This document shows positions 27,529 to 37,441 of a DNA stretch of 64,000 bases, piece by piece. The translations under genes were made by a program, and so were the position numbers. The stretch is from Parcubacteria group bacterium Gr01-1014_30. Its GTDB lineage: Bacteria; Patescibacteriota; Minisyncoccia; Minisyncoccales; 2-12-FULL-40-12. The notes beneath the pieces were generated by a model, which made no database searches, was not told the DNA's origin, and was given only the letters and a program-made list of their open reading frames with translations. Position 1 is the stretch's first letter. Every line of letters begins with the position of its first letter. The stretch lies in assembly GCA_007376185.1 (NCBI GenBank), contig VMFS01000003.1:25983-89982 (forward strand). Reading direction: 5' to 3'.

Positions 27529-28333
27529 AAAAGTTAAAGAGTACTGGAACTCAAGGCCCTGCAATATAAAACATTCGCCAAGTCCCATTGGGACTAAGCA
27601 GTATTTTGACGAGGTGGAAGCCAGAAAATATTTTGTGGAGCCTCATATTCCCATTTTTACCGATTTTTCCAGGTGGCGAGGCAAAAAAGTTTTAGAAATC
27701 GGATGCGGTATAGGAACAGACACCATTAGCTTTGCTCGTGAGGGCGCTGAAGTTACCGCTGTTGAACTTTCTGAAAAATCTTTGGCTTTGGCTAAAACAA
27801 GAGCCAAAGTTTACAATTTAGAAAGCAAAATAAAATTTTATTTGGGCAATGCCGAACAACTATCCAAGTTTGTTCCGGTTGAGCCTTACGACTTGATTTA
27901 TTCTTTTGGAGTAATACATCATACTCCGAATCCGGAAAAGATTATGGAAGAAATAAAAAAATACGCTAAAGCAGGCACAGTCGTTAAAATAATGGTATAT
28001 CATAAGTACTCTTTTAAGGTTCTTTGGATTTTGTTTAGTTTTGGCAAAGGAGCTTTTTGGAAAATAAACGGATTGGTGGTTCGCTATTCAGAAGCAAAAG
28101 AACACAGCCCGGTTACTTACACCTACTCCAAAAAAGAGGCAAAAGAATTGATGAAAGGTTTCAAAATAACAGATATGTCTGTAGAACACATCTTCCCTTA
28201 TAAAATTTCAGACTATATTAAATATAAATACACAAAGGTCTGGTATTTTCGTTTTCTCCCAAAAAGTTTTTTCCGCCAGCTGGAAAGACATTTCGGCTGG
28301 CATCTTTTAATAACGGCAGTCGGAAGAGAATAG
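27503..28333 (+). CDS. Class I SAM-dependent methyltransferase
   Basis: VLEIGCGIGTD motif I. The start is uncertain: ATGs at 27503, 27506 and 27512 all overlap the upstream gene end. Confidence 0.65.
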   Translation: MMFMQDTIEKVKEYWNSRPCNIKHSPSPIGTKQYFDEVEARKYFVEPHIPIFTDFSRWRGKKVLEIGCGIGTDTISFAREGAEVTAVELSEKSLALAKTRAKVYNLESKIKFYLGNAEQLSKFVPVEPYDLIYSFGVIHHTPNPEKIMEEIKKYAKAGTVVKIMVYHKYSFKVLWILFSFGKGAFWKINGLVVRYSEAKEHSPVTYTYSKKEAKELMKGFKITDMSVEHIFPYKISDYIKYKYTKVWYFRFLPKSFFRQLERHFGWHLLITAVGRE

Positions 28334-28377
28334 AATTCTCTTCCTCGCCTTCGCTTCCATAGCTGGAAGTTTGGTAA

Positions 28378-29265
28378 ATGTTGACCATTTTTACAACAAC
28401 AAAGCCATCAATAGGAGAAATTGGCTTCATTCAGAGAAATGCGATTAATAGCTGGCGGTTGTTGAGGCCCAAGCCACAGATACTTTTATTTGACAACGAA
28501 AAGGGCGCAAAAAAACTGGCAAAAGACCTTAAAATAACTCACGTTCCGGAGGTTCGAAAAAACGAATACGGCACGCCGCTGGTTAGAGATATTTTTGAGA
28601 AGGCTCAAAGTTTGGCCAAGAACAGGATTTTGGCGTATGTTAACGCCGACATTATTTTAATGCAGGATTTTATGGAGGCGATTTCAAGGATAAAGTTTGA
28701 TAAATTTGTTCTTGTCGGCCAGAGAAGGGACATTGACATCAAAAAGAATATAAGATTTCAGAAAGGCTGGCGGGAAAAGTTACGCAAGATTGTTGCCAAA
28801 GAAAGCAAGCTTCACGGGCCTTCAGGCATAGATTATTTTGTTTTCCCAAAAGGTTTTTTTTCAAACATACCTAATTTTGCTTTGGGGAGAACTCTTTGGG
28901 ACAACTGGTTTTTGTACAAAGCTTGGATTTCGGGCGCTACTTTGATAGACGCGACCGAAGTTATAACGGCCATTCACCAAAATCACAAAGTTCACCTGCC
29001 CCGAGGGCATAAAAAAAACGTCTGGAAGGGACCTGAAGCTAAAATGAATCAAACGTTAGCCGGCGGGCTATCTCGCGCTTTCACAATCAGGGACTGCTCC
29101 AAACTTTTGACAAAAGAAGGTTTAGAAAATCCCAAGGTCGATTTTTACAGAATCTTTTCCGCGCCTTTCCGTTACTACGACAAGCTGCCAGCTTTAAAGC
29201 CGTTTTTGTTCTTTGGCTGGCTAGTTTTCTTAATATGGCGAAAAATAAAGATAATCAAAACTTAA
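28378..29265 (+). CDS. Hypothetical, possible GT-A-like glycosyltransferase with C-terminal TM helix
   Basis: TIFTTTKPSIGEIGFIQRNAINSW...AYVNADIIL pattern. C-terminal hydrophobic LFFGWLVFLIW. Confidence 0.35.
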   Translation: MLTIFTTTKPSIGEIGFIQRNAINSWRLLRPKPQILLFDNEKGAKKLAKDLKITHVPEVRKNEYGTPLVRDIFEKAQSLAKNRILAYVNADIILMQDFMEAISRIKFDKFVLVGQRRDIDIKKNIRFQKGWREKLRKIVAKESKLHGPSGIDYFVFPKGFFSNIPNFALGRTLWDNWFLYKAWISGATLIDATEVITAIHQNHKVHLPRGHKKNVWKGPEAKMNQTLAGGLSRAFTIRDCSKLLTKEGLENPKVDFYRIFSAPFRYYDKLPALKPFLFFGWLVFLIWRKIKIIKT

Positions 29266-30926
29266 TCAGGATAGGTTTGGCTCAAATAAACTGCACTGTC
29301 GGCGACTTGGAAGGAAATTTCCAAAAAATTAAAGCGTGGATAAAAAAAGCCGAGGATCTTAACCTTGACGTTATCGCTTTTCCTGAGCTTGCAATAACCG
29401 GTTACCCGCCAGAAGACCTTTTGCTCAAACCCAGATTTATCCAAGACAACTTGAAAAAAATAAGAGAGCTAGCACCTTTTGTTAAAAAAACAGCGGCCAT
29501 TGTGGGATTTGTTGATAAAGAAGGAAGTCACATATATAACTCCGCCGCCTTAATCAAAGGAGGAAAAATAGTTGGAGTTTATCGTAAAATGTGTTTGCCA
29601 AACTACGGCGTATTTGACGAAAAGCGTTATTTTCTGCCGGGGCAGAAGCTTTTGGTTTTCAAAATAGGGAAAATTACAGCTGGAATAAATATCTGTGAGG
29701 ACATCTGGGAAGAATCTGGCCCCACAAGGGCGCTGGGCAAAAGGGGGACAAAAATAGTGTTTACCATCAATGGGTCCCCATACCACCAAGGTAAAATTAG
29801 ACAAAGAGAAGAAATAGTTAAAGATCAAGCTAAAGCAAACAAAATTGCAGTAGTTTACATCAATTTGGTAGGTGGCCAAGATGAGTTGGTTTTTGACGGT
29901 CAGAGCATGGTAGTGGATAGTAAGGGTTTAGTGGTCTCGAGAGCCAAAGCGTTTGTGGAAGAGTTGCTGGTGGTGGAAATAGATGCAACGGGTTCTAAAT
30001 TAAAATTTAAAAGTTCAAAATTGGAATCTCTTTTTTTGGAAGAAGAAGTATATAAAGCGTTATTGCTCGGCTTGGGAGATTATGTGAGGAAAAACGGTTT
30101 CAAAAAAGTGGTAGTTGGGCTTTCTGGCGGGATTGATTCATCTTTGGTAGCAACTTTGGCTGTTGACGCTTTGGGCAAAGATAACGTCACTGGAGTAGTT
30201 ATGCCTTCAAGGTTTTCTTCTCTTTTATCAAAAGAAGACGCAGAAAGTTTAGCTAAAAATTTGAGAATTAAATTAATGATAGTTTCTATTGAACCAATTT
30301 TCAAAGCTTACTTGGAAACCTTAAATCCACAAATTCAAGATTTGGAGCAGGATATAGCTATGGAGAACATTCAAGCTAGGATCCGCGGCAACATTTTAAT
30401 GGCTTTTTCCAATAAATTTAACTGGCTGGTTTTGACCACCGGGAACAAATCAGAGATGAGTGTGGGTTATGCCACCCTTTATGGAGATATGGCTGGAGGT
30501 TTCGCGCCCATCAAAGATATTCCCAAAACTTTGGTCTACAAGCTTGCAAGATACAGAAACTCGCTTGCCGAGCCCGTGACGGCGAGGCGGGAGAGGTTAG
30601 CAGAACATTCAGCGACCTCAAGAGTCATACCGGAAAGTGTGCTAGTAAAGGAACCATCGGCCGAGCTGAGGTTAAACCAAAAAGACAGAGATTCTCTGCC
30701 GCCTTACGAAATCTTAGACCCTATCTTGAAGTTATACGTTGAACAGGATTTAGGCGTTGATCGGATTTTGAAGTTGGGTTTTGAGAAAGAGGTTGTTTCA
30801 AAGGTTGCAGGAATGGTTGACAAATCAGAATATAAGAGAAGGCAGTCGCCTCCTGGCATCAAAATCACTCCCAAGGCTTTTGGCAAAGACCGAAGAGTGC
30901 CAATTACCAACAAGTATGGAAAATAA
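29235..30926 (+). CDS. nadE: Glutamine-dependent NAD+ synthetase carrying an in-frame insert
   Basis: N-terminal CN-hydrolase domain (IGLAQINCTVGD, FPELAITGYPPEDL). PP-loop VVGLSGGIDSS. KEPSAEL. Confidence 0.85.
   Translation: MAKNKDNQNLIRIGLAQINCTVGDLEGNFQKIKAWIKKAEDLNLDVIAFPELAITGYPPEDLLLKPRFIQDNLKKIRELAPFVKKTAAIVGFVDKEGSHIYNSAALIKGGKIVGVYRKMCLPNYGVFDEKRYFLPGQKLLVFKIGKITAGINICEDIWEESGPTRALGKRGTKIVFTINGSPYHQGKIRQREEIVKDQAKANKIAVVYINLVGGQDELVFDGQSMVVDSKGLVVSRAKAFVEELLVVEIDATGSKLKFKSSKLESLFLEEEVYKALLLGLGDYVRKNGFKKVVVGLSGGIDSSLVATLAVDALGKDNVTGVVMPSRFSSLLSKEDAESLAKNLRIKLMIVSIEPIFKAYLETLNPQIQDLEQDIAMENIQARIRGNILMAFSNKFNWLVLTTGNKSEMSVGYATLYGDMAGGFAPIKDIPKTLVYKLARYRNSLAEPVTARRERLAEHSATSRVIPESVLVKEPSAELRLNQKDRDSLPPYEILDPILKLYVEQDLGVDRILKLGFEKEVVSKVAGMVDKSEYKRRQSPPGIKITPKAFGKDRRVPITNKYGK
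30561..30620 (+). repeat. In-frame GC-rich palindromic module (~60 nt)
   Basis: Encodes SLAEPVTARRERLAEHSATS between LARYRN and RVIPESV. Stem cgcttgccg / cggcgaggcg. Boundaries are approximate. Confidence 0.5.
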
Positions 30927-32232
30927 ACCTAAACTTTCAATTCTCGGTCTGGGAAAACTAGGAGCACCCATGGTGGCCGCTTTTGCGGCGCGTGGTTTTA
31001 GAGTTATTGGAGTTGACGTAAATGCCGATTTTGTAAGGTTGATAAATGAGGGCAGGTCGTCTGTTTTTGAGCCGCACCTGGAAGATTATTTAAGAGCCAA
31101 TAAATCAATGATATCAGCCACTCAAAATTACGAAGAAGCTGTTTTAAATTCGGATATTACTTTTATTATTGTGCCAACGCCGAGCGACAATAACAATGAT
31201 TTTTCAATGAAGTATGTGGTTGAAGTCGGCAAAAAAATAGGCGAGGCAATTAAGAAAAAGAAAACTTTTCATTTGGTTGTTTTAACAAGTACGGTAACGC
31301 CTTCTTCTACTCAAAGAGAACTTCTACCGGTTTTGGCGAGGAGCTCTCAAAAGCAGTTGGGTCGGGACTTTGGCTTGTGTTACAATCCTGAGTTCATTGC
31401 TTTGGGCGAGGTAATTGAGGACATACTAAACCCAGATTTTGTTTTGATAGGAGAATCCGATAAAAGAAGCGGCGACATTTTGGAAGAATTTTACAAAAAT
31501 GTTTGCCAAAACAACCCTCCGATTAAAAAAATGAGCATTATCAATGCCGAAATCACCAAAATAGCCTTAAACACATACGTGACCACCAAAATTTCTTATG
31601 CCAATATGCTGGCTGAATTGTGCGAAGCAATTCCAGGGGGCAATGTCGACGTTGTCACAGATGCTTTGGGATGCGACACCAGAATCGGGCAAAAGTATTT
31701 AAAAGGCGCCCTTGGCTATATGGGCCCGTGCTTTCCGAGAGACGGACGAGCGTTTATGTATACGGCAAAGAAGTTCGGTATTTCACTTCCCATTACCCAA
31801 GCCACGGATGAGATTAACAGACGGCAGGTGCCGCGGCTGCAAGAAAAAGTTTTAAGGTTGGTGCCAAAAAAAGGAAAAATCGCAGTTTTGGGCGTTGCTT
31901 ACAAGCCCAATACAAACATTATTGAAGAGTCGCAAGGTTTGGAGTTTGCCAAAGTTTTTTCTGAAAAGGAATTCCAAGTTAAAGTTTACGACCCCAAAGC
32001 TATGGCAGAAGCAAAAAAAAGCTTGAATAATGCCTTATTTTCAGCTTCCCTTAAAGAAGCTGTTGGAGAGGCCGACCTTATATTTATTGCCACTCCCTGG
32101 GAAGAATTTAAAAATATGAAGCCAGCCTGGCTAAAACACGGAGTAGTTTTATTCGACTGCTGGCGGATTTTAGACCCCAGAAAGTATGAAGGTATAGCCA
32201 AGTATATTCCTTTGGGCGTTAATGTTCGTTGA
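30916..32232 (+). CDS. UDP-glucose/GDP-mannose (nucleotide-sugar) 6-dehydrogenase family protein
   Basis: LSILGLGKLGAPMV. YNPEFIALGE. CFPRD. C-terminal UDP-binding domain VAVLGVAYKPNT. The start was set at the ATG at 30916. Confidence 0.75.
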   Translation: MENKPKLSILGLGKLGAPMVAAFAARGFRVIGVDVNADFVRLINEGRSSVFEPHLEDYLRANKSMISATQNYEEAVLNSDITFIIVPTPSDNNNDFSMKYVVEVGKKIGEAIKKKKTFHLVVLTSTVTPSSTQRELLPVLARSSQKQLGRDFGLCYNPEFIALGEVIEDILNPDFVLIGESDKRSGDILEEFYKNVCQNNPPIKKMSIINAEITKIALNTYVTTKISYANMLAELCEAIPGGNVDVVTDALGCDTRIGQKYLKGALGYMGPCFPRDGRAFMYTAKKFGISLPITQATDEINRRQVPRLQEKVLRLVPKKGKIAVLGVAYKPNTNIIEESQGLEFAKVFSEKEFQVKVYDPKAMAEAKKSLNNALFSASLKEAVGEADLIFIATPWEEFKNMKPAWLKHGVVLFDCWRILDPRKYEGIAKYIPLGVNVR

Positions 32233-32268
32233 GCTGCGCTCGTTTCGCATCTCGGCTAAGGCTAAATC

Positions 32269-33363
32269 ATGAAGACGGCCATTGTTACCACCACCATAAA
32301 TATACCCGAAGCTCTGGCAGGTTATGCAGAGTCGGCAAAGCAATACGGCCACCGCGACGTGGCTTTCATTATAATTGGCGACTTAAAAACCCCTCAAGGC
32401 GCAAAAGATTTTTGCGAGAAACTGGCAAAAGAAAGCTCTCTTGAGGTTTTGTTTCTTGACGTTGAAAGCCAGAAAAGTTATCTGAAAAAGTATCCGGAAC
32501 TTTTGGATTTCCTGCCTTATAACTCCGACAAGAGGAGAAACATTGGTTTTTTACTAGCTTACGAGCAAGGGGCTGAGAAAATAATCACAATTGACGACGA
32601 CAATTTTTGTTTGGAAGGCGATTTCATTGGTCAGCACGGTATAGTCGGCGAGATAAAGAGCTTCGACTCTATTTACTCAGAAAGCGGGTGGTTTAACGTT
32701 TGCTCTTTTTTGAAAGAGGCAAGGGGGCAGGCATTTTTTCACCGCGGCTATCCGGTACAGAAAAGAGTCAAAGAACACAAAATTGAGCAGTCAATCGCGC
32801 AGGGAAAAGTGGCGGCAAACGCCGGCCTCTGGTTGGGCGATCCAGACGTTGACGCAGTTACCAGAATAGCTATTAGTCCGGAGGCAGTGGGATATAAAAG
32901 GCAGGATAACTTCTTTTTGGCCAAGGGAACTTGGTCGCCTTTTGACTCGCAAAACGTGGCGTTTGCCAGAGAGGTTATTCCAGCCTATTTTCTGAGCCAC
33001 CATATTGGCAGAGATTCCGACATCTGGGCAAGCTACATTGTGCGCAAAATTACAGATCATATGGGGGAATTAGTAAGCTACGGCAGACCGTTGGTGAAGC
33101 AGTTGCGTAACGAGCACGATTTAGTCAGCGATTTGGAACAAGAACTAGATAGCATGCGCTTAATAGACAGGTTCTGCGAGCATTTGAGAAACATAAACCT
33201 GAAAGGGCAAAGCTACAAAGAATGTTTTACCGTTTTGGTTGGCAAACTGGGAGAATCCTTCAGGCAGGATGAAAGTTTTTCAGAAAGGGATGCGGTTTTG
33301 CTGAACAATTTCTGCCAAGGCCTTAGAGTATGGGCGGAAACAATAGACAAAGTCGGCTCTTAA
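32269..33363 (+). CDS. Hypothetical, possibly GT75/STELLO (DUF288)-like glycosyltransferase
   Basis: AIVTTTINIPEAL...VAFIIIGDLKTP...ITIDDDNF resembles the DUF288/RGP arrangement. Weak, by eye. Confidence 0.3.
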   Translation: MKTAIVTTTINIPEALAGYAESAKQYGHRDVAFIIIGDLKTPQGAKDFCEKLAKESSLEVLFLDVESQKSYLKKYPELLDFLPYNSDKRRNIGFLLAYEQGAEKIITIDDDNFCLEGDFIGQHGIVGEIKSFDSIYSESGWFNVCSFLKEARGQAFFHRGYPVQKRVKEHKIEQSIAQGKVAANAGLWLGDPDVDAVTRIAISPEAVGYKRQDNFFLAKGTWSPFDSQNVAFAREVIPAYFLSHHIGRDSDIWASYIVRKITDHMGELVSYGRPLVKQLRNEHDLVSDLEQELDSMRLIDRFCEHLRNINLKGQSYKECFTVLVGKLGESFRQDESFSERDAVLLNNFCQGLRVWAETIDKVGS

Positions 33364-34305
33364 ATGGCTAGTATCTTACCCAAGTTAAGAGAACTGCAAA
33401 GAGCGAAAGGCGTCTTGCCCAAAAAACCCGCGAAAAAAGACAGGGTTGGTTTCGTTTTCAGCACCAAAGAGAGAACGGACTTCACCAAGAGGACGCTCGC
33501 ATCTTTGGACAGGGACAAAGGATACGATATTTTATGGATGGATGGCAGTGATACGGAAACAGCCAGACGTTTGCCCAAAATATACCGTTTTAAGAACGTC
33601 AAACTCAAAGAATATCATTTAGATATCAGGGGAGGGCCGGATAAAACTATACAGTTCGGCTTGGAAAGATTGCTGGAGTTAGGCTACGACTGGTGCGGTC
33701 TTATTGAAAACGACATTTTGTTCAAAAAGGGCTGGTTTGCGAAATTGATGAACTTGTTCCGACTTTCCGCCAAAGAAGGAATCGCGGCGGGAGCCGGTAC
33801 GGTCAGAAATTTGGAGAGCAGGGTTTTGGAATACAGAAAGGGTTACACCGTAAACTGGAACATCGGAGCAGGCATGATTCTTTTCACCAGAGAAGCCGCG
33901 CAGCTATTGGTTAAAAATTATCCTCCAATAGCCACGGCTTTTGGTTTATACAAGTTTTGGGCAGAGCATTTTGGTTTGGATTTGAGTCAAGCTAAGGAGC
34001 TTTGGTTTGGAAAGCCCAATAGAGCGCTTTCTTCTGACTTCAACTACGAAACCGTGCTTTATTCCAATGGTTTCTCGGCGATAGGGTCAATGCCGGCTTT
34101 TGTGGCTGGAGAGTTGGAGCAGGGAGTCAATCCGCAAGAGAGAGGCACAAAGTACGTTTCTGGCAAAAAACAAGGGCTTTTATACCCCACCATTACTTCC
34201 AAAAAATTGTTGCGGATTCGTTTGGTCTCGCCGTTTTTAACCTTCATGTTGATACTTTTCAGGAATGCGCCTTGGCTTAAAAGATTGGTACGCCGCTTTC
34301 TATGA
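33364..34305 (+). CDS. Hypothetical glycan-cluster protein (possible GT-A fold)
   Basis: Tight spacing with neighbours. VGFVFSTKERTDFTKRTLASL resembles a GT-A N-terminus. Confidence 0.3.
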   Translation: MASILPKLRELQRAKGVLPKKPAKKDRVGFVFSTKERTDFTKRTLASLDRDKGYDILWMDGSDTETARRLPKIYRFKNVKLKEYHLDIRGGPDKTIQFGLERLLELGYDWCGLIENDILFKKGWFAKLMNLFRLSAKEGIAAGAGTVRNLESRVLEYRKGYTVNWNIGAGMILFTREAAQLLVKNYPPIATAFGLYKFWAEHFGLDLSQAKELWFGKPNRALSSDFNYETVLYSNGFSAIGSMPAFVAGELEQGVNPQERGTKYVSGKKQGLLYPTITSKKLLRIRLVSPFLTFMLILFRNAPWLKRLVRRFL

Positions 34306-35189
34306 GAAAGGAAAAAGGATTTTATGCCGCAAAAATATATCAAGCTTTTCGCAGAAACTTGTTGAGAGGGCGGTATTTGGGAAACAGTTCCTTGCCGGTA
34401 AAAATTTTTGCAGAACCTTTAATCAAGTTGCTTTCTTGGCGAAAACGGATGAAAGTTTTTCCGGCAGATCCCTGGGGCACCAGAATGCGGTTTCTTCTAG
34501 GGTGGTGGGAGCCAGAGACGGTTAAAGTATGCGAGGAAATTATTAAACCCGGGATGACAATAGTTGACGTTGGAGCCCACGTTGGATACTACACAAGGAT
34601 TTTTTCAGAGCTAGTTGGTAAAAAGGGCAAGGTGCTAGCATTTGAGCCGCATCCTGCTACTTTTAATTTTCTTTCTTTTAATATTCCTCCCTTTTCATAT
34701 CCTAATGTCAAGCTCTTCCCTTTAGCCCTATCTGATAGAAAAGAAACACTTGCACTCTTTGAAGTTAAGGGGTCAGGCAAACATAGTTTTTACGACGTTT
34801 CATCTTTAGCTGAAAGAGACCCTCAGGCATATGAATTTAAGAAAAAATGGAAAGTCAAAGCAGAGATTTTAGACGAAATTTTAGATGAACACGAAATTCA
34901 GAATGTGGACTTTATGAAAGTAGATGTTGAGGGAGCTGAACTCAGAGTTTTAAAAGGAGCTGAAAAAACAATCAGACAGTCAGCCAACATACAGCTTATT
35001 GTAGAGTTCAACATTGGAACGCTATCTTTGGCAGGGGTTTTGCCAGAGGAATTTATAAAACAGCTTAAAAATCTGGGCTTTAGAAAAATTTTGGGGGTGG
35101 ACGATGTTGAACGAAAGTTGCGACCAGTTAAAGAGCTTTGGGAGCGTGCCCAAGCAGGTTACATTGATCTTTTATGCAGCAAGAGTTAA
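34302..35189 (+). CDS. FkbM-family methyltransferase
   Basis: IVDVGAHVGYYT. FMKVDVEGAELRVLKGA. Confidence 0.7.
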   Translation: MRKEKGFYAAKIYQAFRRNLLRGRYLGNSSLPVKIFAEPLIKLLSWRKRMKVFPADPWGTRMRFLLGWWEPETVKVCEEIIKPGMTIVDVGAHVGYYTRIFSELVGKKGKVLAFEPHPATFNFLSFNIPPFSYPNVKLFPLALSDRKETLALFEVKGSGKHSFYDVSSLAERDPQAYEFKKKWKVKAEILDEILDEHEIQNVDFMKVDVEGAELRVLKGAEKTIRQSANIQLIVEFNIGTLSLAGVLPEEFIKQLKNLGFRKILGVDDVERKLRPVKELWERAQAGYIDLLCSKS

Positions 35190-36190
35190 AGAAAATTCTT
35201 ATTTCAACATACAAACCGACTAAAGGCAGAGGGGGCTTTACCTATGCAACAACGCTTAAAGAGGCCCTATCTCAGCATTTTCAGGTAGACAGCTTAAATT
35301 TATCTCCCGAGAATAAATTACCCCTGTATTTCAAAATCCCGAAAATACTGACGAATCTTTGGGAATCGAGCAGCGTAAAATCCTACGATATCGTGATTCG
35401 AGATTTAGATTCTTGCCTACTTTTAAATAAAAAACCTACAAAGACTATCGCCATTATTCATCACATTGATTATTCTTTTGCCTCGCTATTGGTGAAGTTT
35501 GTATTCTTCTTTTTGACTCCTCTGATTTTGCGAAATTTAAGAGAAGTTGATGCTATCGTTGTAGTTTCTAAATACTGGCAGCGGTATTTTGAAAAAAGAG
35601 GTTATCGCAATGTCCACCTTATTTATAACGGCTTTGAGCCGTCGTTTTATAATTTGGATTTAGATGAAATTGAGCAGTTTAAGAAAAATTATGGACTCCT
35701 GGGAAAACCAATTGTCTACTTGGGGGATTGCCAAAAAGCAAAGGGCGTGACGAAGAGCTATGAGGCCTTAAAGGGCATTGATGTGTATCTGGTTACCTCG
35801 GGAAAGCAGGGGGTGAAAATCCCTGCGAAAAATTTAGAATTAGGTTACGAAGATTACCTAAAGCTTTTGTCAGCTTCTTTCTTGGTGGTTACTATGTCTC
35901 AATTTCCGGAAGGGTGGTGCCGCACTACCCATGAGGCAATGCTTTTGAAAAAACCTGTTGTGGGTTCAGGCAGAGGCGGCATGAGAGAGCTCTTGGAAGG
36001 AGGGCATCAAATAATTTGCGATGACTTTAATTCTTTAAAAGAAAAGGTTAAATACTTGTTAGACCATCCGCAAGAGCAAAAAAGAGTGGGCGAAGCTGGT
36101 TTTAATTTTGCCAAAAACTTTACCGCTGAAAAATTTAAAAATGACTGGCTGAAACTCTTATTTAGAGTTTGCGGAAATAAAATAGAGTAA
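35174..36190 (+). CDS. GT-B glycosyltransferase (GT1/GT4 family)
   Basis: EGWCRTTHEAMLLKKPVVGSGRGGMRELLEGG is an E-x7-E-type C-terminal motif region. Confidence 0.65.
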   Translation: MQQELKKILISTYKPTKGRGGFTYATTLKEALSQHFQVDSLNLSPENKLPLYFKIPKILTNLWESSSVKSYDIVIRDLDSCLLLNKKPTKTIAIIHHIDYSFASLLVKFVFFFLTPLILRNLREVDAIVVVSKYWQRYFEKRGYRNVHLIYNGFEPSFYNLDLDEIEQFKKNYGLLGKPIVYLGDCQKAKGVTKSYEALKGIDVYLVTSGKQGVKIPAKNLELGYEDYLKLLSASFLVVTMSQFPEGWCRTTHEAMLLKKPVVGSGRGGMRELLEGGHQIICDDFNSLKEKVKYLLDHPQEQKRVGEAGFNFAKNFTAEKFKNDWLKLLFRVCGNKIE

Positions 36191-37424
36191 GGCAGCTGAT
36201 AAAAATTTGGCTGATAAGAAGTGATGCTGTTACGCCCCAGATTCCAAAAAAAGGTATAAGGGCAAAAAAAAGCGCTATTTTCAAAAAAGGGGAGGCTGTG
36301 TTGATAACATATAAATCCTTTTGGCGCATGTCAGCTATCAAGGCAGCATTGAGAAAGGAAAAGGGTGCTAAAGCAATCATTAGAGAGAGTGCCTGGAAAT
36401 AGATAACTGATTCTAAGTATTGTGGAAGCAAAATTTTATATATGAGTGGAGCGGCTAAAGCCAAAAGTAAAGCCAAAGGCAAGAAAACAAAGAACAATTT
36501 ATAGAATTTTTTCATAATATCCGGTTTTTTTTCTTTGATATTCTGTTTTCCCAATTTTGGAAGAGCCAAAGATGTGATGGGAATTGCGGTAACTATTCTA
36601 TGAATAGGCAGTTGAGCAAAGGCATAAATAGCAACTTCAGCCGCTCCCAGGAATTTCCACAGCAATAATTTGTCTATGTGGGTTGCCGCCACAGAAAGAA
36701 CTCCCATAACGGTTAAGTGCTTTCCAAAAGATATTGCCCGTTGGTCTTGCTCATCATTGGCGACGTGCTTTAGAGTTTTTCTGTAAAGCAGCCAGTCAAC
36801 GAAAGTGTGGCTCAACAAAAAGGCAGAGACAATTATCAGCAGGTCGTTGCTTATATAAAGCGCAATCAAAAGAGCCAGGGCCACCATTGCCGCAGAAAAC
36901 ACTTCGTACTTTGTTTGCACGTCAAATCTTTTCCTACCGTTCCAAAAGTAAAGGTAAATCTGAAACGACTCAAGAAGGGGTAAAAAGAAGGCACCCAGCA
37001 AGAAAACAGCACCCAAAGCTTGGTTGCCTCTTAAAGAGTACCAAATAGCAAGTAGGAGCGCAAAAAAAGAACCAAGCAAGCCCCATTTTAATTTCTCTCG
37101 CATGGCCAAGCTCATAGTTCCTTCTTTTCCTTGAGCTATGCTTTTTACCATGGATGTGTGAATGCCGGGTAGGGTGAATATTGAAAGAACCGAGATTATG
37201 GCTATTAAGTACTGATATTTGCCGTAGGTTTCCCGGGGAAGCAAGTTGGCAAAACCGACCATCAAGACAAAAGAAATCAAAAGCAGGGCGATTTTGCCTG
37301 CTATCAACCAAAATCCTCCGCCCACCACATAGCTCATATTTGTGCCGGTGTATTTTTCAGACCAGACAATGAGTTCCTGAAATTTATGCTTGAGTTTATG
37401 CATATATTCATCTATTATAAGCAA
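36162..37424 (-). CDS. Second Wzx/MOP-type flippase, the only minus-strand gene of the first 43 kb
   Basis: 420 aa and polytopic. N-terminal GGGFWLIAGKIALLLISFVLMVGFANLLPRETYGKYQYL resembles the polysaccharide biosynthesis protein family. Confidence 0.6.
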   Translation of the reverse strand: MLIIDEYMHKLKHKFQELIVWSEKYTGTNMSYVVGGGFWLIAGKIALLLISFVLMVGFANLLPRETYGKYQYLIAIISVLSIFTLPGIHTSMVKSIAQGKEGTMSLAMREKLKWGLLGSFFALLLAIWYSLRGNQALGAVFLLGAFFLPLLESFQIYLYFWNGRKRFDVQTKYEVFSAAMVALALLIALYISNDLLIIVSAFLLSHTFVDWLLYRKTLKHVANDEQDQRAISFGKHLTVMGVLSVAATHIDKLLLWKFLGAAEVAIYAFAQLPIHRIVTAIPITSLALPKLGKQNIKEKKPDIMKKFYKLFFVFLPLALLLALAAPLIYKILLPQYLESVIYFQALSLMIALAPFSFLNAALIADMRQKDLYVINTASPFLKIALFFALIPFFGIWGVTASLLISQIFISCLTLFYFRKL

Positions 37425-37441
37425 TTCAGAGGAAATTTAAA

